This document shows positions 1 through 10,141 of a stretch of 64,000 nt of DNA, piece by piece. Each line of letters begins with the position of its first letter. The stretch's first letter is position 1. Origin of the DNA: Candidatus Omnitrophota bacterium (lineage in GTDB: Bacteria > Omnitrophota > Gorgyraeia > Zapsychrales > Zapsychraceae); assembly GCA_029261065.1 (NCBI GenBank), contig JAJDCB010000009.1, positions 33,625-97,624 on the forward strand, read 5' to 3'. Made by a program: the position numbers and the translations under genes. Below the pieces are notes generated by a model. It ran no database searches, had not been told where the DNA came from, and saw only the letters and a list, made by a program, of their open reading frames with translations.

Positions 1-1859
1 GTAATAAAAGCCTTACAGCGTTTAATCACAACAGCAAGTTGCATGATATTGGTTTTACCAACAAAATCTGTGGGCTTAGCCTTAGTCAACCGAAACAGTC
101 TATGCACAAGATACTTATCTTTCTCCATTCCTGTAATAACAACTCGGATATTTTTACTCGATAACATATCACATAGCTTGGCCATATGTTCCAATGGCCA
201 ATTTTTACTTTCCCATTTCGCTGAGGCGGAGATGTTTATTCCTACAATATTTTTTGCATTACTTAACCATTCTTCATCAAAAAGTTGCTTAACATAATCC
301 TCATCCGACTTTGTCGGCCAGACCTGCAATAACGTCTGCGCGTTATTTTTAATTCCCAACATCTTTAAAAGTTGAAATTGATGGGCAACGGCTGGAATAT
401 TATTTTTGTATTTTTTTAAAGGACGCGATAACAAAAAACTCCATTTTCCATTATCAAACCCAAAACTCTCCTTTGCCATTGCATAAAAGGACAAAAGATG
501 ACTTCTTCGATTATTTTGAAAATCGATCACTTTATCAAAATAGCGCTTACGAAATCTTCTTGCAAATTTCCATAATGAAAAAATATCTTTCCCATCATGG
601 GTTGGATCATATACGATAAGACCATCCAAATAAGGACAATTTTTTAGAATATGTCTAGAAGCACGCCCTACAAGACAATAAATTTTTGCCTCCGGATATT
701 TCTTTCTTAATGCTTTTAGGGAGGCTGAAATCAATATCACATCCCCGATAGAACTTAGTTTAATAACCAGAATATTTTCCGAATTCATAAGTTCTTTATA
801 AACCTCAACCGTTTGTGAAGCCATATGTTCAAGGGTAAAATAATTTTCAATTTTCGTATAAGCGGCATCAACTAAGCTTTCCACCAACTTTTCATCTTTA
901 AATAATTGAAGTACCGCCGCGGCCATCCCCTCGGGATCTTTTGGTAATACAAGAAGACCTGTTTTTTTATCATCAATAATATCAACGACACCCCCAACAC
1001 TTGTTGCCACAACAGGGACACCAACAGCCTGAGCCTCAAGAATCACGCGTCCAAAAGCCTCTGGTGTAATACTCGACATCACCAACACATCAACTTTTCT
1101 TAACAATTCATGCACGTCACTACGGTTTCCTAAAAATTTAATATTAGCTGCAAGTCCCATACGACGAATGAGAACCTCTAGCTCTTGTTTATAGCCCTGC
1201 TTTTTCTCTGGAGCATCTCCTATAATCCAAACAACGGTATTAGGCACCGCACGTATGACCTGAGCCATAGCTTTAATAAAATAGATATGACCCTTTAAAG
1301 GCGTAATGCGTCCTACCATCGCGACAATACGTTCAGAGCCTTTAGATTTGTGCTGTTCACGTCGCTTAAAGTTTTCTAAATCAACGCTTCTTGGAATATA
1401 TCGAATAGTTTCTGATTCAACGTCATAATCGTCAATCATATGCCGACCAATCACTTTACTTGGCGCAATTATATATTTGGCCCAACCCATCACTTGAGAA
1501 AAAAAATGACTTTTATAATATCCGTGACACGTTGTTATAAAACGAGCGGAAGTTTGACGCGTTGCAAAATACGCAATCCAGGCAGGTACACGAGATCGAG
1601 CATGAACGATATCGATCTTTTCATCAATTATAATCTTTCTTAAAACTTTTATTAATTTCATAACAGAGAAAAGAGACTTTTTATGAACAGGTAATTCAAG
1701 GTGCTTACTCCCCTCTCGCTCTAGCTGCTTAACTAATGTCCCTCCATTTGAAACAACAACAGATTGATAATCCTTTTCTACTAAATATCGTGCAAAATCG
1801 ACCGTACCACGCTCCACTCCACCGACATTTAATTCTGGTAAAATTTGTAAAATTTTCAT
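1..1859 (-). CDS. GT4 glycosyltransferase fused to GT9 (WaaF/WaaC-like heptosyltransferase) domain; 3' end runs off the window
   Basis: Not in the ORF track; translated by hand from ATG at 1859. Starts MKILQILPELNVGGVERGTVD, has the GT4 motif EAFGRVILEAQAVG, then continues in frame through VYKELMNSENILVIKLSSIGDVIL (GT9 start) to GKTNIMQLAVVIKRCKAFIT at the window edge. Confidence 0.85.
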   Translation of the reverse strand, partial: MKILQILPELNVGGVERGTVDFARYLVEKDYQSVVVSNGGTLVKQLEREGSKHLELPVHKKSLFSVMKLIKVLRKIIIDEKIDIVHARSRVPAWIAYFATRQTSARFITTCHGYYKSHFFSQVMGWAKYIIAPSKVIGRHMIDDYDVESETIRYIPRSVDLENFKRREQHKSKGSERIVAMVGRITPLKGHIYFIKAMAQVIRAVPNTVVWIIGDAPEKKQGYKQELEVLIRRMGLAANIKFLGNRSDVHELLRKVDVLVMSSITPEAFGRVILEAQAVGVPVVATSVGGVVDIIDDKKTGLLVLPKDPEGMAAAVLQLFKDEKLVESLVDAAYTKIENYFTLEHMASQTVEVYKELMNSENILVIKLSSIGDVILISASLKALRKKYPEAKIYCLVGRASRHILKNCPYLDGLIVYDPTHDGKDIFSLWKFARRFRKRYFDKVIDFQNNRRSHLLSFYAMAKESFGFDNGKWSFLLSRPLKKYKNNIPAVAHQFQLLKMLGIKNNAQTLLQVWPTKSDEDYVKQLFDEEWLSNAKNIVGINISASAKWESKNWPLEHMAKLCDMLSSKNIRVVITGMEKDKYLVHRLFRLTKAKPTDFVGKTNIMQLAVVIKRCKAFI

Positions 1860-1868
1860 GCTGATTCT

Positions 1869-3833
1869 TTAAATGACTCGCCGAACGGCATCAAGAATGA
1901 TTTGACCGCCATCCAACCTTTGCGTATGGATTTTATTTTTAATAACATTGTAGATATTTTGTCCAACATTTGTAACTTTCGAGGAACATATAAACCCATG
2001 TGAATTCAAATTATTGATAAATAGCTGATGCTTTTTAGAACCTGACCCAAAGGGAACGCTTGGTTCAGGAGAGAAGACAATTGTATTTTTTCCTGAACTT
2101 GCAGCCTCAGAGACCATTGAAATACTGTCTCCCGAAACAACAAGAATATCAGATAACCCTAATATTCCACCCACGGCTTCCGGAACATTCTCTTGATTGG
2201 CAAGAACCAATAATGGACAACTAGGATCTTTTTTAAACGCCTTAAATAACATTCTTTCAATATTGGCCGGGGTTCTTCGCGACGTTGAGATAAGAAAATC
2301 TAAACGGTGCTCTCCCGATATTTCTTTTAACTGATTAATCAATACGCTAATTTGTTTTTCTGTAATACAAATCTTTTTCGATGTCCCACCAATAAGAATA
2401 CCAACCTTTGTTCGTGTCCGCGATTTTAAGTGGGAATACTTGGCTAATAGCTTTTCACTTTGTTCATCGAGATAATCTTTTGAGATTAAGTTACACGCAC
2501 CTTTAATAACTGTCACATTCTCAGGAATATGATCTTTATTAGAAATATCATGTTCAGGTAAAACGATTAAATCAAAACGATTAAAGGGCAAAATGCCTGG
2601 TTTAAGAATGGCGATACTTTTAGCACTATGATCTTGAGAAATAAAATGATTTAAACTCGCTGAAGAAGAGCCACAAGAGATTATAAAATCTGTTTTCATA
2701 GACATAACCTGTTCAAAAGATTTAGCACTTAAAAATAGTTTTAGAAATTGTAATCGCCCTTGGTATAAAAAGGGATGTGAAAAAAAAGCCATTAAAGAAA
2801 AGAGCCGAGATAAAAACTTGGTTTTAAATTGGATTTCAATAATTTCTATTTTAGAGCTTATTCCTCGCCCTTCTAAAGCCTTCTGAACCATTTGACCAAC
2901 AAGTTGAGATTGACGGAGATGACCGGCCTTACCATCCGTTAATATCGCTACAGTAGCTTGTTTCGAATATTTCCAAATTTTATAAAACCACATATACTCA
3001 GAAGGATATTTTTCTATATAATCTTCCATAATTTTCGTAACCCGGGTAAGATTCGTCACAACATCCTTATCCACATCTCCTGACTTACTCAATTCCAAAG
3101 GCTTTTGAAATACCATACGATGTTGGGAACCTTTTTCTCTAAAGATAACAGAAAAACAAAGAGGAATATCCGATTTTAATCCCATACGAATGGCCCCGAC
3201 AGACATTGAAGCTTGTCGCCCAAAAAAGGGAACTAAGACGCCATCCTTCCCGCCCTGATCAACAACCATGCCAATGATTTCATTATTTTTAAGGCTCTTA
3301 ACAAAATCACGCGTTCCCATACCCCGCGAAAGAACGACAGAGCCCCCGCAATCCCGATAAGAATTTAACAACTCATCTAATTTCGAATACTTTTTTTGTG
3401 GTTTGACGATTACTTTATAAGGATGACCTAACATCGAAAAAGTTAAACTTGCCATCTCCCAACTGCCAAAATGCATAGCTATTAAAATAACACCCTTTCC
3501 CTTCTTAAGAGCCTCCTGGATATGTTCTTGCCCTTCCATCTTAACAAATTCATCAAATTTACTTCGATCCAACAATGGCATTCGAAATAGCTCAATCAAA
3601 TTTTGGCCGTAATTTGTAAACAATGTTTTTGTGATTTGCTTTAACTCTTGTGACGATTTGACATCAGCAAAAGCTATTTTTAAATTGGCATAAGCTTGCG
3701 ACTTATGTTTGACATCAAAATAATAAGCAAACAAACCTATACACCTCCCTACCCATAGCGCAATAGAGACAGGTAAAAGTCTTATCAGCCAAGCAAAAGT
3801 TTTAACGCAGTAGTAAAGAATCGACTCTTTCAA
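1869..3833 (-). CDS. Lipid A late acyltransferase (LpxL/HtrB family) fused to ELM1/GtrOC1-family putative glycosyltransferase
   Basis: N-half has HFGSWE (H-x4-E), DQ, VPFFG and YPSEYMWFYKIWK. C-half has LTDGKAGHLRQS, LPEHD, ILIGG, STSRRTP and VSGDSISMVSEAASSGK, typical of the ELM1 family. Confidence 0.85.
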   Translation of the reverse strand: MKESILYYCVKTFAWLIRLLPVSIALWVGRCIGLFAYYFDVKHKSQAYANLKIAFADVKSSQELKQITKTLFTNYGQNLIELFRMPLLDRSKFDEFVKMEGQEHIQEALKKGKGVILIAMHFGSWEMASLTFSMLGHPYKVIVKPQKKYSKLDELLNSYRDCGGSVVLSRGMGTRDFVKSLKNNEIIGMVVDQGGKDGVLVPFFGRQASMSVGAIRMGLKSDIPLCFSVIFREKGSQHRMVFQKPLELSKSGDVDKDVVTNLTRVTKIMEDYIEKYPSEYMWFYKIWKYSKQATVAILTDGKAGHLRQSQLVGQMVQKALEGRGISSKIEIIEIQFKTKFLSRLFSLMAFFSHPFLYQGRLQFLKLFLSAKSFEQVMSMKTDFIISCGSSSASLNHFISQDHSAKSIAILKPGILPFNRFDLIVLPEHDISNKDHIPENVTVIKGACNLISKDYLDEQSEKLLAKYSHLKSRTRTKVGILIGGTSKKICITEKQISVLINQLKEISGEHRLDFLISTSRRTPANIERMLFKAFKKDPSCPLLVLANQENVPEAVGGILGLSDILVVSGDSISMVSEAASSGKNTIVFSPEPSVPFGSGSKKHQLFINNLNSHGFICSSKVTNVGQNIYNVIKNKIHTQRLDGGQIILDAVRRVI

Positions 3834-4854
3834 ACAAAAAATCCTTTCCTTCTAAAAAGCTAATATTAATCTTTAAATAAACACACCGAATGCCCTCAGA
3901 AAACAAAGAAGACCATCTCTTTAGTTTAACAGCATCTTTTTGAGTTGTGATAATCGTTTGGATATCATGGTCTTTACAAAAATTTAAAATCGTACGAATA
4001 TCAGATTCTGCATAATCATAATGATCCATAAATCTAAAACTTTTCTCAACACGCCCAACTTCTCCTTTAAGCGTAGCCTCAAAAGCTTCCGGCCGTCCAA
4101 TACTACTTATGAGACAAACCTTATCAGACTGAAAGTGGCCTAATTCATAGGAAGCTTGAGTTTTGACATCAAGATAACATTGTGGGGAATGTGTACTTAA
4201 TACAACAGGCACTTGGCAACCAACCTCATGAAGTTTACTTTTTATATTATTAAGATTACGCTCTCCTAAATCAGACTTAGTAATCAAAACGACATCTGCT
4301 CTTTTTATAGATGAGATAGCCTCTCTTAAGATACCTCTTGGTAACAACGACCCATTGCCCCAAGGGTCCATGGCATCTATAGCCACCACATCCAAATCTC
4401 TTTCTAACTTTAAATGCTGAAACCCATCATCTAGAATAAAAACATCAACGTCATTCTTCTCTAAATAGGTTACTGCACGATGATACCGATTAGCACCTGC
4501 TAACACAACGACATTCTCTAAATTTTCTTCTAACATCTTTACCTCATCACCCTGAGTCCCGCCCTTATATCCTCTTGTTAAAATAACGACTTTAAATTTC
4601 TTATCTTTAAGATGCCTTGCTATCTGCTCGACAATGGGCGTCTTGCCGACACCACCCAAAGTTAAATTACCTATACTGATAACAGGCTTTCCTAAAGAAT
4701 TGCTTTTTAGCAATCCTTTTTGATATCCCAAAAATCGGATTGATGATAAAAAAAAGAAAATATACGACAATAATTTCAGCATAACACCCACTAAAAACGC
4801 CAAAACACCTTGTTTCTGATCCGTAGCTACCTGATAAATGTATTGTTTCATCAA
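3802..4854 (-). CDS. lpxK: Tetraacyldisaccharide 4'-kinase
   Basis: SIGNLTLGGVGKTP, LTRGY, LDDGFQH, LLPRGILRE and TTQKDAVK motifs. Confidence 0.95.
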   Translation of the reverse strand: MMKQYIYQVATDQKQGVLAFLVGVMLKLLSYIFFFLSSIRFLGYQKGLLKSNSLGKPVISIGNLTLGGVGKTPIVEQIARHLKDKKFKVVILTRGYKGGTQGDEVKMLEENLENVVVLAGANRYHRAVTYLEKNDVDVFILDDGFQHLKLERDLDVVAIDAMDPWGNGSLLPRGILREAISSIKRADVVLITKSDLGERNLNNIKSKLHEVGCQVPVVLSTHSPQCYLDVKTQASYELGHFQSDKVCLISSIGRPEAFEATLKGEVGRVEKSFRFMDHYDYAESDIRTILNFCKDHDIQTIITTQKDAVKLKRWSSLFSEGIRCVYLKINISFLEGKDFLFERVDSLLLR

Positions 4855-6125
4855 TGCACTCTGTTCTCAATGAGCGTTTTAATCTCTGTTAGCGTCATAT
4901 CCATGACCCCTTGATTATCCTTAATCACTTGGCTAGATTTATTTTTAATCTCATCCATTCTTTGTTTATCCCCAAGCAACTCTTTCATTTTGACATATAA
5001 CTCATCGTGATCCTCTACTTGCACTAAGACGGACTCCTGTTTTAGAATACGCACAACATCTTTAAAATTTTGCGTCATGGGCCCAACAAACGTTGGTTTG
5101 CCAAAGAAAACGGGCTCCAAAATATTTTGCCCCCCACCCACAGATAAAGATTTTCCCACAAAAACCATATTAGCCAGACTATATAACCCTCCTAAATCGC
5201 CAATGGTATCAACAACAATAACGTGATCATTAATATCTACGCCTTGCTTAATATCCGAATAAAAAACCCCTTCTTCTCCCTCCTTACTACAAATTGTCAT
5301 AACCTCCTTCGCTCTTTTTACATCTCGTGGAGCGATGACAAGTCTTAACTGCGGATCATGATTTGATAATTTTTTAAAAACATCCAACAACATTTTTTCT
5401 TCACCAGGATGCGTGCTCCCGGCAATAATAAATTCAAATTGAGAATGCTGCATATTACTGGGCCACTTATAATCTTTTGAATCAGGGATATTATCAAATT
5501 TCAAATTTCCCATAACCTTAATACTATCAAGAGCTCCCCCCAGCAATTCTATGCGCCGCGCATCTTCCTTGCTTTGCATGCAAAAACAAGTAACACAAGA
5601 TAAAGCTTTCTTTATTATAAATTGAAAGCGTTGATACCCCTTAAACGCTTTATCAGAAATCCGTCCATTAATAATAATAATCGGTACCTGTACAGATTTT
5701 AGGTGCGCATAAATATTAGGCCAGATCTCTGTTTCTGTTGAAATATAAATGACCGGAGAAAGTATTAGAATATAGTGTTTGATAATAAAACTAATATCAA
5801 AAGGAGCAAACAAAACAATAATAGATTGATCAAAAGACTTTTGAGCAATTTCATACCCCCTCTCTGTCACAGTTGTTAAAACAATCTGTTTATCAGGGTA
5901 CAATGCCTTAATTCTTTGAATCAAACCACTAACCGCGTTTACCTCGCCAACGCTAACAGCGTGAACCCAAATACTCTCTTTGTTGCTAAATCGATCCTTT
6001 AGTTCTTGTGACCATAGTCCAAACCTTTGAAACATTCCCCTATGACATTTCCCTCTAAAAAAGAGAATAGGAAAATATAGAAGGAAAAGAGAAATAAAAA
6101 TAATATCGTAGAAAATATATTTCAT
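4851..6125 (-). CDS. waaA: Kdo transferase (3-deoxy-D-manno-octulosonate transferase)
   Basis: WVHAVSVGE, ETEIWPN, NGRIS, GNLKFD, AGSTHPGEE and GGQNILEP motifs. Confidence 0.95.
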   Translation of the reverse strand: MKYIFYDIIFISLFLLYFPILFFRGKCHRGMFQRFGLWSQELKDRFSNKESIWVHAVSVGEVNAVSGLIQRIKALYPDKQIVLTTVTERGYEIAQKSFDQSIIVLFAPFDISFIIKHYILILSPVIYISTETEIWPNIYAHLKSVQVPIIIINGRISDKAFKGYQRFQFIIKKALSCVTCFCMQSKEDARRIELLGGALDSIKVMGNLKFDNIPDSKDYKWPSNMQHSQFEFIIAGSTHPGEEKMLLDVFKKLSNHDPQLRLVIAPRDVKRAKEVMTICSKEGEEGVFYSDIKQGVDINDHVIVVDTIGDLGGLYSLANMVFVGKSLSVGGGQNILEPVFFGKPTFVGPMTQNFKDVVRILKQESVLVQVEDHDELYVKMKELLGDKQRMDEIKNKSSQVIKDNQGVMDMTLTEIKTLIENRVH

Positions 6126-6137
6126 AGCAAAAGAGAA

Positions 6138-6998
6138 TCAAGCGCGTGGATGAGCTTGATCGTATACCTTCTTTAATCTATCCGTTGTGACATGCGTATA
6201 AATTTGTGTTGTTGATAAATTGACATGGCCTAACAACTCTTGTACGGATCGCAAATCAGCCCCTCGATTTAACAAATGTGTCGCAAAAGAATGCCGAAAG
6301 ACATGCGGAGAGACATTTAATTGATCACTCATTTTTCCAATATGTTTATTAACGATATTGCGAACACTACGATCAGTGAGTCGTGTACCAAATTTATTCA
6401 GAAACAGAGGTGAAACATCATGCTTACGCAACTTTAAATAGTCTCTTATAGCCAAAAGTGCTTTTTCACCAATAGGAGCTAAACGCTCCTTTCTTCCCTT
6501 ACCCATTACACGTACAACATTTCCAATCATATCCACTCGTTCAACATTTAACCCAACCAACTCACTAACACGAATACCCGTACTGTATAACGTCTCTAAT
6601 ATAGCGCGATCTCGTCTTCCATATTCTGTTTTAATATTAGGCATCTTAAGACACGCTGACATCTCCGTTTCCGTTAAAAACTTAGGCAAAGGTTTATCTA
6701 ATTTAGGAGACATTAATAAAACAGCAGGATTATTTTTGATATGCCCCTCTCTTTGAAGAAAACGAAAGAACCCTCTTAACGTTGACATCTTACGAGCAAG
6801 CGTACGAGGACGATGTTTTTTTGCTCTTAAATGAGCCAAAAAACTTCTTAATTTAAGATAATCAACCTTTTCAATCGGCTGACCATCTAAAAAATCATAT
6901 AATTCCTCTAAATCTAAATTATAATTTAGAATCGTATGTTTGGAGTAATTTTTCTCTATTTCTAGATAAGAAATAAATTTTGAAATATAACGTTTCAT
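6138..6998 (-). CDS. xerC: Tyrosine recombinase XerC
   Basis: GIRVSEL, GKGRKER, HVFRHSFATHLL, GADLRSVQELLGH and TQIYTH; housekeeping context after dprA-topA. Confidence 0.88.
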   Translation of the reverse strand: MKRYISKFISYLEIEKNYSKHTILNYNLDLEELYDFLDGQPIEKVDYLKLRSFLAHLRAKKHRPRTLARKMSTLRGFFRFLQREGHIKNNPAVLLMSPKLDKPLPKFLTETEMSACLKMPNIKTEYGRRDRAILETLYSTGIRVSELVGLNVERVDMIGNVVRVMGKGRKERLAPIGEKALLAIRDYLKLRKHDVSPLFLNKFGTRLTDRSVRNIVNKHIGKMSDQLNVSPHVFRHSFATHLLNRGADLRSVQELLGHVNLSTTQIYTHVTTDRLKKVYDQAHPRA

Positions 6999-7040
6999 CA
7001 GGGGAAGGAACCTCCAAAGTAAAACATATCAATTAATATG

Positions 7041-9011
7041 TTATGAATCTTCTTTACTTTCTTGAGGCAATTCTTTGGCAATGTGTGTGCAATCTGGAAA
7101 CTTGCTACAGCCATAAAAAAACATGCCACGCTTTGATTTACGTCTGACAAGTTCACCTTCACAGGCTACTTCAGGACATTTAATCCCTAACGTAAAGGCT
7201 TCAGCATGTTTACATTCAGGAAAACCTGAACAACTTAAAAACTTTCCACGTCGCCCCCACTTGACAACCATTTGTCGTTTACATTCCGGACAATATTTAT
7301 CAACAAAATTTTCTGTCTTAACAATATTTTTTTCAGCATGTTCTAATTCACCAGCAAAAGTCTCATAAAACTCTTTTAACAAACTAGGATAATCAAGTTT
7401 ACCTTCTTCGACTTCATCTAATCGTTCTTCCATTCGCGCTGTAAAACCAACATTAATGACTCTTGAGAAATATTCCACAAGTAAATCGCAGATAAGAATT
7501 CCTAATTCCGTTGGTGATAAATAACCACGATCTCTTAAAACGTAATTCCTTAAAACCAGCGTTGATATAATAGAGGCATACGTACTTGGACGACCTATAC
7601 CATCTTCTTCCAAGGCCTTAACAATACTCGCATCTGAAAAACGTGGTGGCGGTTTCGTAAAGTGTTGGGTGGGCTTTAATTCCATGAGGTTAAGTTTGTC
7701 ATCTTTGGCATAATGAGAAAAATCCATCCGACCCTCTTCTTCTTTTTCTTCCCTCGAAACCGTTAAATGACCATCAAAAATTAAAGTTGAACCAGAAGCC
7801 CCAAATTGAAATCGTCCAGCCTTAATCTCCATTTTTTTATTCTCAAAAACAGCGGGCTCCATTTGTGAACTGACAAATCTATTCCAAATTAATTGATACA
7901 ACTTGTATTGATCATCCGTAAGAGAATTTCTTAAATCATATGCAGTACGTAAAACATCAGATGGGCGAATCGCCTCATGAGCTTCTTGGGCGGATTTCTT
8001 GGATTTATAAACATTGGGTTTCGCTGGTAAATATTTATCACCATATTCTTTCTTAATAAAGGTACGAAGTTTTTCTGTTGCTTCTTTGGAAATCGTTACA
8101 GAGTCGGTTCTCATGTAAGTTATCAAACCTTCCGTCTCGCCATTCCCTGTATCAATACCTTCATAGAGTTGTTGCGCGATCATCATGGTTCGATTAGCAT
8201 TAAATCGTAATTTATTAAAGGCATCTTGTTGCAGGGTACTTGTAATTAAAGGCGGCAGAGGCTTTCTTTTTATTTTTCGTTCTGAAATTTTTGTAACAAC
8301 AAAGTCTTCTTTTTTGATTTCTTCAGCAATGTCCTGGGTTTGTTTCTCCTGACTTAATTCAAATTTTTCACCATCTATTTTTTCAAGAGCCGCATTAAAC
8401 ATATCATCACGTCCCTGCTTTTGAAGATCTGCGGTAATCTGCCAATACTCTTTTGGGTTAAACTTCTTTATCTCTTTTTCTCGTTCAACAATAAGCCTTA
8501 ATGCAACGGATTGAACTCGACCCGCACTTAAACGCGACCCTACTTTTTTCCAAAGAATCGGACTTATTTTATAACCTACAATGCGATCCAATATGCGTCG
8601 ACCAATTTGCGCATTAATTTTTTTAGCATCAAATTCTCGGGGGGTTTCAAAAGCTTTTAATACAGCCTCCTTAGTAATTTCTTGAAATGTCACACGAAAA
8701 TTCTTCTTCCCCTCACCAATATGATTCATCAAATTCCAACCAATAGCCTCTCCCTCACGGTCAGGGTCAGTCGCGAAGAAAATTTGTTTAGCGGATTTAA
8801 CATCCTTCTTTAATTTAGTCAGATGTTTCTGTTTAGCACGCACCACAATCAACTTTGGTTCAAAATTATTTTCAAGATCTACACCTAATGTTGATTTAGG
8901 CAAATCAATAAGATGCCCCATTGATGAGAGAACTTTAAATTTGGGTCCTAAAATTTTATTAATCGTTTTGACCTTTGTAGGAGACTCAACAATAACGATG
9001 GATTTTGCCAT
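7041..9011 (-). CDS. topA: DNA topoisomerase I
   Basis: IVESPTK, ATDPDREGEAI, SAGRVQS, ITYMRTDS, AQEAHEAIRP and GIGRPSTY motifs; two C-terminal Zn ribbons. Confidence 0.97.
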   Translation of the reverse strand: MAKSIVIVESPTKVKTINKILGPKFKVLSSMGHLIDLPKSTLGVDLENNFEPKLIVVRAKQKHLTKLKKDVKSAKQIFFATDPDREGEAIGWNLMNHIGEGKKNFRVTFQEITKEAVLKAFETPREFDAKKINAQIGRRILDRIVGYKISPILWKKVGSRLSAGRVQSVALRLIVEREKEIKKFNPKEYWQITADLQKQGRDDMFNAALEKIDGEKFELSQEKQTQDIAEEIKKEDFVVTKISERKIKRKPLPPLITSTLQQDAFNKLRFNANRTMMIAQQLYEGIDTGNGETEGLITYMRTDSVTISKEATEKLRTFIKKEYGDKYLPAKPNVYKSKKSAQEAHEAIRPSDVLRTAYDLRNSLTDDQYKLYQLIWNRFVSSQMEPAVFENKKMEIKAGRFQFGASGSTLIFDGHLTVSREEKEEEGRMDFSHYAKDDKLNLMELKPTQHFTKPPPRFSDASIVKALEEDGIGRPSTYASIISTLVLRNYVLRDRGYLSPTELGILICDLLVEYFSRVINVGFTARMEERLDEVEEGKLDYPSLLKEFYETFAGELEHAEKNIVKTENFVDKYCPECKRQMVVKWGRRGKFLSCSGFPECKHAEAFTLGIKCPEVACEGELVRRKSKRGMFFYGCSKFPDCTHIAKELPQESKEDS

Positions 9012-9016
9012 AGTAT

Positions 9017-10141
9017 TTACCTTTTCGTTTTATTTCGACTAAACATTTTACCTGGCCATTGACGCACCAAACGTTTGAGTTCTAATTGAAACAATAATGC
9101 CGTCGTAATGGAACTATCCTTTTGATAAAGACTCACAAGCTCATCAATGTGTACGGGTGTATCTGATAAACCTCTAAGCAACTCTTTTTCTGGATCTGTT
9201 AACGTAATTTGAGATTTTTGTTTTTCTGATTTACTCACTACTGCCGTTTTTTTAGGTTTAGCTATTTGTTGTCGGGCTGCAACTTCTTCTAAGATATCTT
9301 CCACACTACTAACAAGGATCGCCCCTTGTTTAATTAAGGCGTTAACGCCAAGTGCTGCTGGGTTATCAATTTTTCCTGGAATGGCATAAACATCGCGACC
9401 TTGATCGAGAGCAAAATCAGCTGTAATCAAAGCACCACTCTTTTTTGCTGCCTCTACAACTATAACACCACAACTTAAGCCACTAATGATTCGATTTCGA
9501 CGCGGAAAATTATAAGCAAGTGGCGGCATTTGCATAGCAAACTCAGAAATTACGGCACCATTATTAACAATATCATTCATGAGTGTTTTATTTTCAGGAG
9601 GATACACATGCGTAAGTCCGCATCCTAAAACGGCAATGGTAGGAGATGAAGATTTTAAAGCCCCTCGGTGGGCTGCGGTGTCAATCCCACGAGCCATCCC
9701 TGAAACAATGGTAAATCCATAATCAGATAACTCTGTGGCAAAACGTTCACACGTATTAAGACCATAAAGAGAGGCTCGTCTTGAACCAACCATGGCCAAA
9801 GCCTTCTCAAATTTAACGTTTAATGTCCCTTTGATATAAAGGACCAAAGGGGCATCAGCAATTGTTTTTATGCAGTCTGGATATTCGGAATCGATTAAAG
9901 TTACAACAGATACACCCTCACTCTTCATCAAGGCGTATTCTCTCTTAAGAAAATCCTCTTTATCAAAAGTTAGAATTTGCTCAACAGCACAAGAAGAAAT
10001 AACATTTTCTAGCTCCCACTCTTCTTGCGTTAAACTAAAAATTTTAGAGGCGCTACGAAATTTAAGAAGAAGCTGTAACTTTTTTCGGTTACCAAGTCCT
10101 GTGATTGCGTTTAAAACTAAAAGATATTCGTTTTCACTCAT
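9017..10141 (-). CDS. dprA: DNA-processing protein DprA (Smf)
   Basis: VGSR, IVSGMARGIDTAAH, FPRRNRIISGL and EAAKKSGALITA motifs. Confidence 0.96.
   Translation of the reverse strand: MSENEYLLVLNAITGLGNRKKLQLLLKFRSASKIFSLTQEEWELENVISSCAVEQILTFDKEDFLKREYALMKSEGVSVVTLIDSEYPDCIKTIADAPLVLYIKGTLNVKFEKALAMVGSRRASLYGLNTCERFATELSDYGFTIVSGMARGIDTAAHRGALKSSSPTIAVLGCGLTHVYPPENKTLMNDIVNNGAVISEFAMQMPPLAYNFPRRNRIISGLSCGVIVVEAAKKSGALITADFALDQGRDVYAIPGKIDNPAALGVNALIKQGAILVSSVEDILEEVAARQQIAKPKKTAVVSKSEKQKSQITLTDPEKELLRGLSDTPVHIDELVSLYQKDSSITTALLFQLELKRLVRQWPGKMFSRNKTKR

Noticed and set aside
43-1643. Plus-strand ORFs 43-297 and 1440-1643
   Set aside because: They are antisense shadows of the GT4-GT9 gene, which the ORF track missed because it runs off the window.
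5702-5712. GGTGCGCATAA, identical to the XerC arm of E. coli dif, near xerC
   Set aside because: No XerD arm follows, and it lies inside the waaA coding sequence; most likely chance.
6138-6998. Tyrosine recombinase as a prophage or island integrase
   Set aside because: Size, motifs and the dprA-topA context fit housekeeping XerC; no att repeats or phage genes are nearby.
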